Assembly: GCA_964452145.1 (NCBI GenBank)
Contig: CAYVLA010000072.1
Coordinates: 1 to 16,212 of the forward strand
Origin: Candidatus Hadarchaeota archaeon
Lineage (GTDB): Archaea; CAYQAE01; CAYVLA01
Direction: 5' to 3'
DNA: 16,212 bases
Part shown: one piece after another, positions 1 through 7,526 of the stretch
How positions within the stretch are numbered: the first letter of the stretch is position 1
Layout: each line of letters opens with the position of its first letter
The notes under the pieces: generated by a model
Database searches by the model: none
What the model saw: only the letters and a program-made list of their open reading frames with translations
Told to the model about the DNA's origin: nothing
Translations under genes and position numbers: made by a program

Positions 1-247
1 TGCGCTTCTGATCGTTGTTCAGCCTCAGGTCGCCCATCAGGATCTTGGTGAACGGCTGGGTCCAGTCTGCAAGGGTGCCTGGTTTGAGCATCACGGGTAT
101 CCCGGCCGTGATGTAGAATCCTGTGTGGCAGCTGCCGCATGTCAGTCTCCCTCTTCGCACCTCCCAGCCACGGTATCTTGCGTCTTGAAGCTTCAGAGAT
201 CCGTGGCATAGCGGGCAGTCCATGTGTTCCATGATCCTGCTGTTCAT
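1..247 (-). CDS. Protein with N-terminal Trm112-like zinc-ribbon domain, probably fused to a SAM-dependent methyltransferase (runs off the left edge)
   Basis: Not in the ORF track. Manual translation from ATG 247: MNSRIMEHMDCPLCHGSLKLQDARYRGWEVRRGRLTCGSCHTGFYITAGIPVMLKPGTLADWTQPFTKILMGDLRLNNDQKR..., open to base 1. CPxC...LxCxxC...YxIxxGIPVM-like pattern (here FYITAGIPVM) is typical of Trm112; the frame continues past it. Confidence 0.75.
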   Translation of the reverse strand, partial: MNSRIMEHMDCPLCHGSLKLQDARYRGWEVRRGRLTCGSCHTGFYITAGIPVMLKPGTLADWTQPFTKILMGDLRLNNDQKR

Positions 248-679
248 GGTTCTATGCCTTGGATGGTGGGGTTGGTCCGATGGCTTGAAAAACTCAGCGC
301 ATCTGGCGGGCAGCGCTGTGCAGGAGATTGCAACGGAATCTGGCCCTGGCTAGGTAGATCTTAATAGGCCGGACCGCCCATTAATTATAGCAGAGTTCTG
401 CCTTGGGGGCTCTGCTGTTTCCTCCTCGACAGACCCCGCGAGCATGGGGACTGTTTGGTCTGATTTCGCCGCGTCACGATGTCTATGCACCCTTTAGTCC
501 ATGTTAACGCAGGGAGCAAATCTCAGTCCGTGCCCAACCAGACCAATACGGTGAGAGGCTGCGATCCAAGATCGTGACTCTCACAAATTGGCCACCAGAA
601 AGCTTTCCTTCGGAAGGATCGACACACCCCCCCCAAAGCTGTGGCATTGAGATTCGTGACAGGCTAAGGGCAGGTGATG

Positions 680-1234
680 CTAGGACTCCTGTTTCGGCGT
701 GACTTCAAGGGTGAACGATTCTCCGGTGGATGAGACTGGTCCTCCTCCGCTTGAGTATGTCTTGGACGCGATGATTGTTAGCTTGTAGCTTCCGGTTCTG
801 GCGATGGGGCTGATAGCTATGTTTAGGGTCGCGTTGTGAACATCATTGCTTGTGAGCTCAAATACGGTGGGATTGATGGCATATGTGATCCCATCGGGTA
901 GGCCAGCGTTGCCTACAAAGCCGATGACCCACTTATCGAAGTCTGGAGCTATTCCCTGAAGCCAGAGCAATATGTGAAGGGTATCATCCGTGTACTGTCG
1001 CCTTAGGCTCATCTGTATGGTGCCGGTGCTGCCTTGGCGAATGGTGAGCTTGGGAAACCCGCTCGGGGGTGATCTCGGTGCTACCTCCTCGAAGCCTTCT
1101 GCGGAATCGAGGTCGACCTCCATCCTGAAGACAGGGATCGGGACTCCAATTGGATGTTCTGCCATGGGGAGGAGCGTGATGAGAACGGCTAATGCGGCTA
1201 GGACGACCCCCAAGGCGCAGAGCGCTCTCTTCAT
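680..1234 (-). CDS. Secreted or membrane-anchored hypothetical protein with Ig-like beta-sandwich character
   Basis: 184-aa ORF with basic plus hydrophobic N-terminus (MKRALCALGVVLAALAVLITLL) and beta-rich C-terminus (ATLNIAISPIARTGSYKLTIIAS...SFTLEV). TATA-like TTTATCTT at 1265-1258, about 30 nt above the ATG, suggests a leaderless mRNA. Confidence 0.75.
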   Translation of the reverse strand: MKRALCALGVVLAALAVLITLLPMAEHPIGVPIPVFRMEVDLDSAEGFEEVAPRSPPSGFPKLTIRQGSTGTIQMSLRRQYTDDTLHILLWLQGIAPDFDKWVIGFVGNAGLPDGITYAINPTVFELTSNDVHNATLNIAISPIARTGSYKLTIIASKTYSSGGGPVSSTGESFTLEVTPKQES

Positions 1235-1549
1235 ACCTAGAACACATCTTGTTCCAAAAGATAAAGGTTGGTTTGCCCGATCATGCAGACATTGGCAAGC
1301 GAACGGGCCCTCTGACCCTTAGATCTTGCGGTGGAACTTGTGGGGTGAAGAGTAAGAACCCAGATGGCTCGTTGGGAGGTCAACATCCCAACGGGGCAGA
1401 TCGCTCTTAGCCGAGACTAACAGCCTTTGGTCCTTCTGAAGGCTCCCCCTCCTGCTTGAGGGGTAGGTCGACCGGGCGTTCTGCATCTCTGCAGTACGTA
1501 TTCTCCTGGTGTGAGATACTTCAGGAGTTGATCTAGAAAAAGGGATATC

Positions 1550-1557
1550 TTTATAAG
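1550..1557. promoter_or_regulatory. TATA-box-like element with no adjacent convincing CDS
   Basis: TTTATAAG (CTTATAAA on the minus strand) in an AT-rich patch, preceded on + by purine-rich AGAAAAAGGG. Confidence 0.45.
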
Positions 1558-1646
1558 TCTAGAGATAGAAACAGATGTCGAAGTCTGTAGGTGCTCACTC
1601 CAAGGGGGTGTGCGCCGGACTCATGGGCGACTTCGACAACATTAAC

Positions 1647-2015
1647 CTACCTTATTTTTATCTTGGATTGCAGATCTGCGATCAACTTCTCGGCGCGTTC
1701 GCGCTTGTCCCTCGGAAGCACATCCGCCTCATCCGCAACTTCCACTAGGAAGTTAAGAAACAGCTCTGCGAACTCCGACCAGTGTTTTACATCGAACCCG
1801 CAATCCTTGCACAGCTTGAGGTTCTTCTTGTCCTCAACAGACAGTGAGTCACCAAAGATAACGAATGTGGAACCTTGCGGGCCTCGGCCGTGAATATCCA
1901 GATAGCGCTCAAGGTAACCACTCACTATCACTGGCTCTGGAACCTTGCTCCTGTCTTGCTTGTGCACTAGGTACGGCAGCAGTCGCACGAGATCGGGAAG
2001 GGAGGGTGGCAACAA
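1647..2015 (-). CDS. Hypothetical protein, possibly a 5'-truncated remnant
   Basis: 122-aa ORF with protein-like C-terminal two-thirds (SGYLERYLD...FVIFGDSLSVEDKKNLKLCKDCGFDVKHWSEF). Weak TTG start, in-frame stop four codons upstream (2027-2025), no clear RBS. Confidence 0.4.
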   Translation of the reverse strand: MLPPSLPDLVRLLPYLVHKQDRSKVPEPVIVSGYLERYLDIHGRGPQGSTFVIFGDSLSVEDKKNLKLCKDCGFDVKHWSEFAELFLNFLVEVADEADVLPRDKRERAEKLIADLQSKIKIR

Positions 2016-2375
2016 CCCGCCAAGCTACGAAATGAATATGAGGAAGTAGGTGTGGGGAAGGGTCGCGCCTCAAAGGACTACGGATCGGAGGCATGAACGA
2101 CGGGGTCTTGGAATAGGCTTGGGCTCTGCACACCCGGAGATGCTGATATCGCCATTGAGCAGATCATATCGTTATTCGCCGTTAAGGATGCATGTCATTG
2201 AGTCGGATCGTCCTAAGGACCACATCGACGATGGATTTCGAACTGACTGGGCATCACTACTGGCAGCATCCACACAAGACCACGCGGACAGGGTGAGTCT
2301 CGCCAGATCTTGAAGCCTCGCCAAGGCGACTAGCACTCGCCGCGACACGGGCAAGTTCGAACTTCCGGCCCCCTA

Positions 2376-3302
2376 TCACATGCCCCGACTGACAACACCA
2401 GAGAAGCGGAGTTTCGCCCTCGCCAACACCAGGGTGAAGCCGATGCCGGTGACTCCGGCCTCCAGCGACCACGAGTAGAGCACGGCCAAGGACAGGGCGA
2501 CCAGCGAAGCGAAGACCCAGAACCTATCGATAGATACCTGGGAGGCCGCACGCGATCCCGCAGGCTTGACCAAGTGTCCCATAGCGACATCTATCGCCAA
2601 GATCAAGAAGAGTATGACGGAAACAATCAGCACGCGCAGCATCCCCATCAAGGCCCCGAAATAAAGAACGCCACCGATGCCTGCAAGGATCATGAACAAG
2701 GCCAGGGGAAGCAGCAAGAACGGGAACACCTTGACCACGTAGCGCCGCGCCGTTCTCCCCGTCAATCTAAGGTATAGCACGGGTACTGCAACGAGGACGG
2801 AGAAGACGGAAAGAAAGAAGGTGAGAATCCCCAGCCCCATGCTTGTCGCTCCCCGGCGCTTTGGAGCCCCAACCCTGGGAGATCCAGCAAAGGCTGAGGA
2901 GGCCTCGGTTGCCGACAGCCAGATCAGACAGAGAACAAGGATACTGGTCACCGCCGCGGCCGGCTTGTACCAGTCGTTCAAGAGAGATGCAAGGCCGTTC
3001 CTCACAACGAGCGCTACAGGCTGCCGATCCTTGCTAGCTACCGTCCCGGACAGGTCGTCTTCAGGGTTGGCACCTGTAAACCTCCAGTAGAAGAACCTGC
3101 CGGCGTCCCCAGAATATCGGGCAGCCGGACCGGGGTTGGCGTTGTCGAGCCAGAGGCCGCCTGTTCGGCGTGGAGCGTCCGCTGGCAGACGTTCTCTCAC
3201 CCCAGTTGCAGGACCCTGAGGCAAGGAAGGAGCTTGAGAGGTTACGCAGCCTTCTCGGCAAGTAGAAAGATCCGGCTGATCGGGCCGGGTCATGCACATC
3301 AT
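2376..3302 (-). CDS. Hypothetical multi-pass membrane protein (start uncertain)
   Basis: About 5-6 hydrophobic segments in the C-terminal half (e.g. TSILVLCLIWL, GLGILTFFLSVFSVLVAVPVLYL, FPFLLLPLALFMILAGIGGVLYF). The ORF-track start at 3404 lies inside the tRNA-Arg gene; first ATG after the tRNA is 3302 (alternatives 3293, GTG 3200). Confidence 0.6.
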   Translation of the reverse strand: MMCMTRPDQPDLSTCREGCVTSQAPSLPQGPATGVRERLPADAPRRTGGLWLDNANPGPAARYSGDAGRFFYWRFTGANPEDDLSGTVASKDRQPVALVVRNGLASLLNDWYKPAAAVTSILVLCLIWLSATEASSAFAGSPRVGAPKRRGATSMGLGILTFFLSVFSVLVAVPVLYLRLTGRTARRYVVKVFPFLLLPLALFMILAGIGGVLYFGALMGMLRVLIVSVILFLILAIDVAMGHLVKPAGSRAASQVSIDRFWVFASLVALSLAVLYSWSLEAGVTGIGFTLVLARAKLRFSGVVSRGM

Positions 3303-3358
3303 GATTCTTGAAACGAAGAATGGATGCGGACTGGGTAGTATTCGCTCGGTGTAGTGAA

Positions 3359-3449
3359 TGGGCCCGGCGGGATTTGAACCCGCGACTTGAGGCTTAGAAG
3401 GCATGCGGGCGAAAAGCTCCCCGCCCTCTCCTAACTAGGCCACGGGCCC
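3359..3449 (-). tRNA. trnR-UCU: tRNA-Arg(UCU) with a 16-nt non-canonical intron at 29/30 (intron 3403-3418)
   Basis: Minus strand: GGGCCCG TG GCCT AGTTAGGAGA GGGC G GGG[AGCTTTTCGCCCGCAT]GC CTTCTAA GCCTC AAGTC GCGGG TTCAAAT CCCGC CGGGCCC A. Gives a 75-nt cloverleaf after splicing; anticodon TCT at 3398-3396; Arg identity base A20 present; CCA not encoded. Confidence 0.95.
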
Positions 3450-3472
3450 TCGGATGTCTGCTGTCCTGATCG

Positions 3473-3480
3473 ATTAAAAA
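3473..3480 (-). promoter_or_regulatory. TATA box of tRNA-Arg
   Basis: Minus-strand TTTTTAAT preceded by purine-rich GGAGAACGA, 24-31 nt upstream of tRNA nucleotide 1. Confidence 0.7.
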
Positions 3481-3623
3481 TCGTTCTCCGCCACATTCCG
3501 CCAAGGAAAAGAGGATCCCCAGCTCCTATCAGGCCAATCCGGGGCCGATGGGTGTGATCTGGCACGATCCCGGGGCCCAGATCAACCTTCCAGCATCCAG
3601 CATGCTCGATGCTCGAACAAACA

Positions 3624-3631
3624 TTTTTATT
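3624..3631 (+). promoter_or_regulatory. Putative BRE/TATA promoter of fbp-tpiA
   Basis: GAACAAACA-TTTTTATT is the AT-rich element nearest the fbp start; it implies a 5' UTR of about 90 nt ending in SD AGGAGG (3733-3738). Confidence 0.6.
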
Positions 3632-3745
3632 GCGTTCCAAGGACGAGCCGCCAGGGAGCCGCAAGGGTCCTGCATCTGGACCGCGGCCGCTCTTGCTTCT
3701 CCGATCGGAGTGCGGAACGGTCCATTGTGTAAAGGAGGAAAGCAA

Positions 3746-4864
3746 ATGGCCAAAGTGACTCTTAGCGTGATAAAAGCAGACGTTGGGAGTCTGGCGGGAC
3801 ACACAATCGTTCCGCCCGAACTGAAGGATATTGCGAGAAAGAGCCTAACCGAGGCCAAGAATAGTGGCCTCATCGTGGACTTCTACGTAGCCAACTGTGG
3901 CGATGACCTAGAGCTCATCATGGGTCACCACAAGGGCACCGACAACGAGGAGATCCACGGCCTTGCTTGGAAGACCTTCGAGAAGGCGGCGGACAAGGCC
4001 AAGCAGATGATGCTATACGGCGCTGGACAGGATCTGCTGTCGGATGCGTTTTCCGGCAACGTCAGGGGCATGGGTCCGGGCATTGCCGAGATGGAGTTCA
4101 CACAGAGGAAGGCCGAGCCCCTTGTGGTATTCATGATGGACAAGACCGAGCCGGGCGCCTTCAACCTGCCGATCTTCAAGATCTTCGGCGACCCCTTCAC
4201 GAACGCGGGGCTGGTGATAGACCCCAACGCCCATGCGGGCTTCAGATTCGAGATCTGGGACATCATGGAGCACAAGAAGGTCATGATGAGCTGCCCGGAG
4301 GAGATGTACGACATGCTCGCCCTCATCGGGGCCAAGAGCAGGTATGTGATCAAGAGGGTCTACCCCAAGAAGGAGCACCCCAAGCTCCCGGCTGACGAAC
4401 CGGTCGCCGTGGTGAGCACCGAGAAGCTCTACCAGATCGCGGGCGAGTACGTGGGCAAGGATGATCCGTGCGGAGTCGTTCGGGCCCAGTCCGGCCTGCC
4501 CTCCACCGGCGAGGTGCTTGAGGGATTCGCCTTCCCCCACCTAGTCTCCGGCTGGATGAGGGGCAGCCACAACGGCCCCCTGATGCCCTGCGCCGAGAAG
4601 GATGCGGTATGCTCCAGGTTCGACGGCCCGCCGAGGCTGGTCGGGCTTGGCTTCAACCTGGCTAACGGCATCCTCCATGGCCCGCTGGACATGTTCGCTG
4701 ATCCGGTTTGGGACTACCAGAGACAGGAAGCGTCCAGGATCGCTGACTACATGAGGCGGCACGGACCCTTCGAGCCACACAGGCTGCCTCTGGAGGACAT
4801 GGAGTACACCACCCTCCCCAAGGTCCTGAAGAACCTCTCCGGAAGGTTCGAATCGGTCGAGTAG
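3746..4864 (+). CDS. fbp: Bifunctional fructose-1,6-bisphosphate aldolase/phosphatase (class V FBPase)
   Basis: Motifs IKADVGS, CGDDLELIM, YGAGQDLL, DKTEPGAFN, GEYVGKDDP (Schiff-base Lys region), GWMRGSH, RFDGPPR, YMRRHGPFEPHRL. Start reset to ATG 3746 (MAKVTLSVIKAD) behind SD AGGAGG. Confidence 0.97.
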   Translation: MAKVTLSVIKADVGSLAGHTIVPPELKDIARKSLTEAKNSGLIVDFYVANCGDDLELIMGHHKGTDNEEIHGLAWKTFEKAADKAKQMMLYGAGQDLLSDAFSGNVRGMGPGIAEMEFTQRKAEPLVVFMMDKTEPGAFNLPIFKIFGDPFTNAGLVIDPNAHAGFRFEIWDIMEHKKVMMSCPEEMYDMLALIGAKSRYVIKRVYPKKEHPKLPADEPVAVVSTEKLYQIAGEYVGKDDPCGVVRAQSGLPSTGEVLEGFAFPHLVSGWMRGSHNGPLMPCAEKDAVCSRFDGPPRLVGLGFNLANGILHGPLDMFADPVWDYQRQEASRIADYMRRHGPFEPHRLPLEDMEYTTLPKVLKNLSGRFESVE

Positions 4865-5557
4865 ATGGCGGAGGATCGGTCCTTGCGTATAAAGACGCCG
4901 GTTATCGTGCTGAACGTCAAGGCGTACGTCGAGTCCTCCGGAGAGAAGGGCATTGCGCTCTGGAAGGCGTGTGAGGAGGTCTCCAGCGAAACAGGAGCCT
5001 CCATCGTGATATGCCCCCAACAGGTCCAACTCGGTTTGATCGCCAAGGATGCCAAGATACCGGTCTTCGCCCAGAGCGTGGACGCGGTCGAGGTAGGGAG
5101 CCAGACCGGCTGGGTCACCCTCCAATCCATCAAGGCCGTCGGGGCCAAGGGGACCTTGGTGAACCACTCCGAGCACCGGCTCAAGCTGGCGGACATCGAG
5201 TGGATAGTCTCCAAGTCCAAGGAGATGGGCCTGTCCACCTGCGTCTGCACGAACAACGTCCCCGTAAGCATGGCCGCCGCGGCGCTTGGGCCGGACTTCG
5301 TGGCGGTGGAACCACCCGAGCTGATCGGCACCGGCATCCCGGTCTCGAAGGCTGACCCCGACATCGTCCGGGGAAGCGTCGAGAAGGTCAAAAAGGTCAA
5401 CGCCAAGGTGATCGTCCTGTGCGGGGCGGGCATCACGACCGGCGATGACGTCGAGGCCGCCACAAAGCTGGGTGCCGAGGGCGTCCTCCTCGCATCCGGT
5501 GTGGTCAGAGCCAAGGACCCGAAGGCCGCCCTGATCGACCTGACCAAGGGTATCTAG
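4865..5557 (+). CDS. tpiA: Triosephosphate isomerase, short archaeal type
   Basis: 230 aa; NVKAY, LVNHSEH, AVEPPELIGTG, CGAGI, GVLLASG motifs; ATG directly follows the fbp stop (TAG-ATG). Confidence 0.97.
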   Translation: MAEDRSLRIKTPVIVLNVKAYVESSGEKGIALWKACEEVSSETGASIVICPQQVQLGLIAKDAKIPVFAQSVDAVEVGSQTGWVTLQSIKAVGAKGTLVNHSEHRLKLADIEWIVSKSKEMGLSTCVCTNNVPVSMAAAALGPDFVAVEPPELIGTGIPVSKADPDIVRGSVEKVKKVNAKVIVLCGAGITTGDDVEAATKLGAEGVLLASGVVRAKDPKAALIDLTKGI

Positions 5558-5619
5558 AGGTCCTTCCATTCTGCGAAAGATAGTTCAGGTTAGCCAGGGC
5601 TTTGCGCCCGGTGATATCA

Positions 5620-6582
5620 ATGAAAATGGACGTCATCTCCCTTGGGGAGGCCCTGATAGACTTCATCTCGACCAGGTCGGGGGTCTCGCTGGAGGATGCG
5701 CCCGGCTTCGAGAAATGTCCCGGCGGTGCCCCGGCCAACTACGCGGTAGCCTGCTCAAGGCTCGGCCTCCGGACCGGCTTCATAGGAAGGGTCGGGGATG
5801 ATGCCTTCGGCCGGTTCTTGGTCTCGACACTGAAGGCAAACGGGGTGGATGCCTCCCAGATCAGATACTCCGAGCAACGCACCGCGTTGGCCTTCGTCTC
5901 GATAGCCGAGGGAGGCGAGAGGCAGTTCATGTTCTACCGACGTCCCTGCGCGGACGTGATGCTTGAAGAAGCCGATCTGGACCCGGGCTACATCTGCAGA
6001 GCAAGAGTTCTCCACTTCGGAACGGTAAGCCTCAGCGAAAGCCCCAGCAGGGAGGCGACCCTGAAGGCCGTTGAGTACGCCAAGGAGGGCGGTGTGAAAG
6101 TCTCCTTTGACCCCAACATCCGCTTCCATCTCTGGGCGAAGAGCCGCGAACAGATAAGGGAGGAGGTGATCGGCGTCGCCCGCAAGTGCGATGTCTTCCT
6201 GCCCTCCGAGGAGGAGGCTCAGTTCCTCTCCGGGGGTGACATCGAGGAGGCAGCCTCCGAGTTCCTCTCCTGGGGACCGAGGGTCGTGGCGATCAAGCTG
6301 GGTGAGAAGGGATGCATCGCGGCGGACAGGGACCACCTAGTGCGGGTCCCCGGAATAAGGACGCAGGCCGTCGACACCACCGGCGCGGGTGATGGTTTCG
6401 ATGCGGGATTCACCTTCGGCCTGCTTCAAGGGTTCGACCTTGAGAAGGTCGCCCTGTACGCGAACGCGGTGGGGAGCCTCGTGGTCAGGAAGAGGGGTGC
6501 GATGACTTCGCTGCCCGGCAGACCAGCGGTCGAGGCCCTGATAGAAGAGGTGGTCGCTCAGAGGCAGGGCCGATCCGGCTAG
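5620..6582 (+). CDS. PfkB/ribokinase-family carbohydrate kinase, fructokinase-like
   Basis: GEALIDF, PGGAPAN, GDDAFG, SFDPNIR, VDTTGAGDGF motifs. Start reset to ATG 5620 behind SD GGTGAT (5610-5615); 5626 also possible. Confidence 0.92.
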   Translation: MKMDVISLGEALIDFISTRSGVSLEDAPGFEKCPGGAPANYAVACSRLGLRTGFIGRVGDDAFGRFLVSTLKANGVDASQIRYSEQRTALAFVSIAEGGERQFMFYRRPCADVMLEEADLDPGYICRARVLHFGTVSLSESPSREATLKAVEYAKEGGVKVSFDPNIRFHLWAKSREQIREEVIGVARKCDVFLPSEEEAQFLSGGDIEEAASEFLSWGPRVVAIKLGEKGCIAADRDHLVRVPGIRTQAVDTTGAGDGFDAGFTFGLLQGFDLEKVALYANAVGSLVVRKRGAMTSLPGRPAVEALIEEVVAQRQGRSG

Positions 6583-6962
6583 ACATAGTCCGCCAGAGAC
6601 GTGCTCTTCTCCAGACAGTCCTTCTGCCTTGCCAGCATCCCGTCGACAAGCTGCTTCAGGGACTCCTTGGGCACGAAGCCCACCGACGAGCCTATGGGCC
6701 TGCCATCGCAGTAGAAAGCCAGAGTCGGCGTCCCCATGACCCCGTTGTTGAGGGCGATGAGCCGGTTGTCAAGGCTCTCGAGAATGTTCAGCTTGGCGAA
6801 CTTCACCCTGTCCTTGTAGTCGTCCGCAAGTTCGTTGAAGACCGATTCCAGCATTCTGCAATACGGGCAGGTCGGATGCCAGAACTCCACCAAGACCAGC
6901 TCCTTGCTCTTGAGGACTTGGTCCCTCCAGTTGCCTGCATCCACATCCATGACACTGGTCAC
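6579..6962 (-). CDS. Thioredoxin-family protein with CPYC active site
   Basis: VLVEFWHPTCPYC, VKFAKLN, GVMGTPTL (cis-Pro loop). Start GTG 6962 or ATG 6950 after GGTGAT. Its TAG overlaps the kinase TAG in a shared CTAG (6579-6582). Confidence 0.9.
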   Translation of the reverse strand: MTSVMDVDAGNWRDQVLKSKELVLVEFWHPTCPYCRMLESVFNELADDYKDRVKFAKLNILESLDNRLIALNNGVMGTPTLAFYCDGRPIGSSVGFVPKESLKQLVDGMLARQKDCLEKSTSLADYV

Positions 6963-6970
6963 GTGATCAC

Positions 6971-7504
6971 CTACTCTGCCACCCTGATGGACCTGGGTTG
7001 GAACTGGGTCACCGCAATAACCGGGGAGAGGTCGGGCACGACGAAGGAGTCCCACTTGCCCAGGATCTCCACCTCCTTCCCTGAGAACCTGGCCAAGACG
7101 TCGGAGGATCGCCATGCTTCCGTGCCCGACGAAATGATGACGTACCAGCTGGAACCCCCGGCGGTGTAACTCGGCTGCACGCTGATGCCGTCGATTCTTA
7201 GCACATGGGTCCACCCCTTCTTGTAAAAGTTAGCATAGTCCCCTGCAGAACCCTGGGAGCTTAACTGGTCCACGTCCGCCTCGGTGATGAAGTGGGGACT
7301 TCCAACTTTGGGAACTGCCAGTACCGCCCTGTCGTTGGCTTCCAAGAAACCCCGGACAACCACCTCCTCACCAGGGAGGGAATCGTAGATGTACGCCGCT
7401 TTTGGCACCTTCGTCCACCCATCTCCGCCTCCGGAAAGGAGAACCAGCATCGCTGCCCCGATCGCTGCTCCGCATAGAAGCACAAGGAATAGTAGGTTTT
7501 TCAC
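6971..7504 (-). CDS. Membrane-anchored hypothetical protein, possibly OB-fold-like
   Basis: GTG 7504 behind GGGGAGG; single N-terminal TM (LLFLVLLCGAAIGAAMLVLL); GEEVVVRG and GKEVEILG strands resemble OB folds; co-oriented and tightly spaced between nfnB and the thioredoxin. Confidence 0.65.
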   Translation of the reverse strand: MKNLLFLVLLCGAAIGAAMLVLLSGGGDGWTKVPKAAYIYDSLPGEEVVVRGFLEANDRAVLAVPKVGSPHFITEADVDQLSSQGSAGDYANFYKKGWTHVLRIDGISVQPSYTAGGSSWYVIISSGTEAWRSSDVLARFSGKEVEILGKWDSFVVPDLSPVIAVTQFQPRSIRVAE

Positions 7505-7526
7505 GACCCTCCCCGGCTGCCAAAGC

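Noticed and set aside
387..660. SRP RNA or RNase P RNA
   Set aside because: Only partial look-alikes (GGGAGCA, GAGGAAAC); the full SRP helix-8 motif and both RNase P P4 strands were not found.
1576..1641. SECIS element or H/ACA guide interpretation of the hairpin
   Set aside because: No in-frame UGA in the adjacent ORF, poor pairing above the minus-strand AUGA, and no K-turn or K-loop GA pairs despite a trailing ACA.
3303..3404. N-terminus of the 342-aa ORF (MPSKPQVAGSNPAGP)
   Set aside because: It is a translation of the tRNA-Arg anticodon and T arms.
3548..3745. 66-aa extension of fbp, and similar extensions of nfnA, thioredoxin and the FAD oxidoreductase
   Set aside because: No family motifs; they overlap promoters or neighbouring genes, and better-supported starts lie downstream.
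3925..5569. Long antisense ORFs (342, 266, 175, 142 aa) over fbp/tpiA, and similar shadows over nfnAB and rpa
   Set aside because: Expected shadows of high-GC3 coding sequence with no recognisable motifs.
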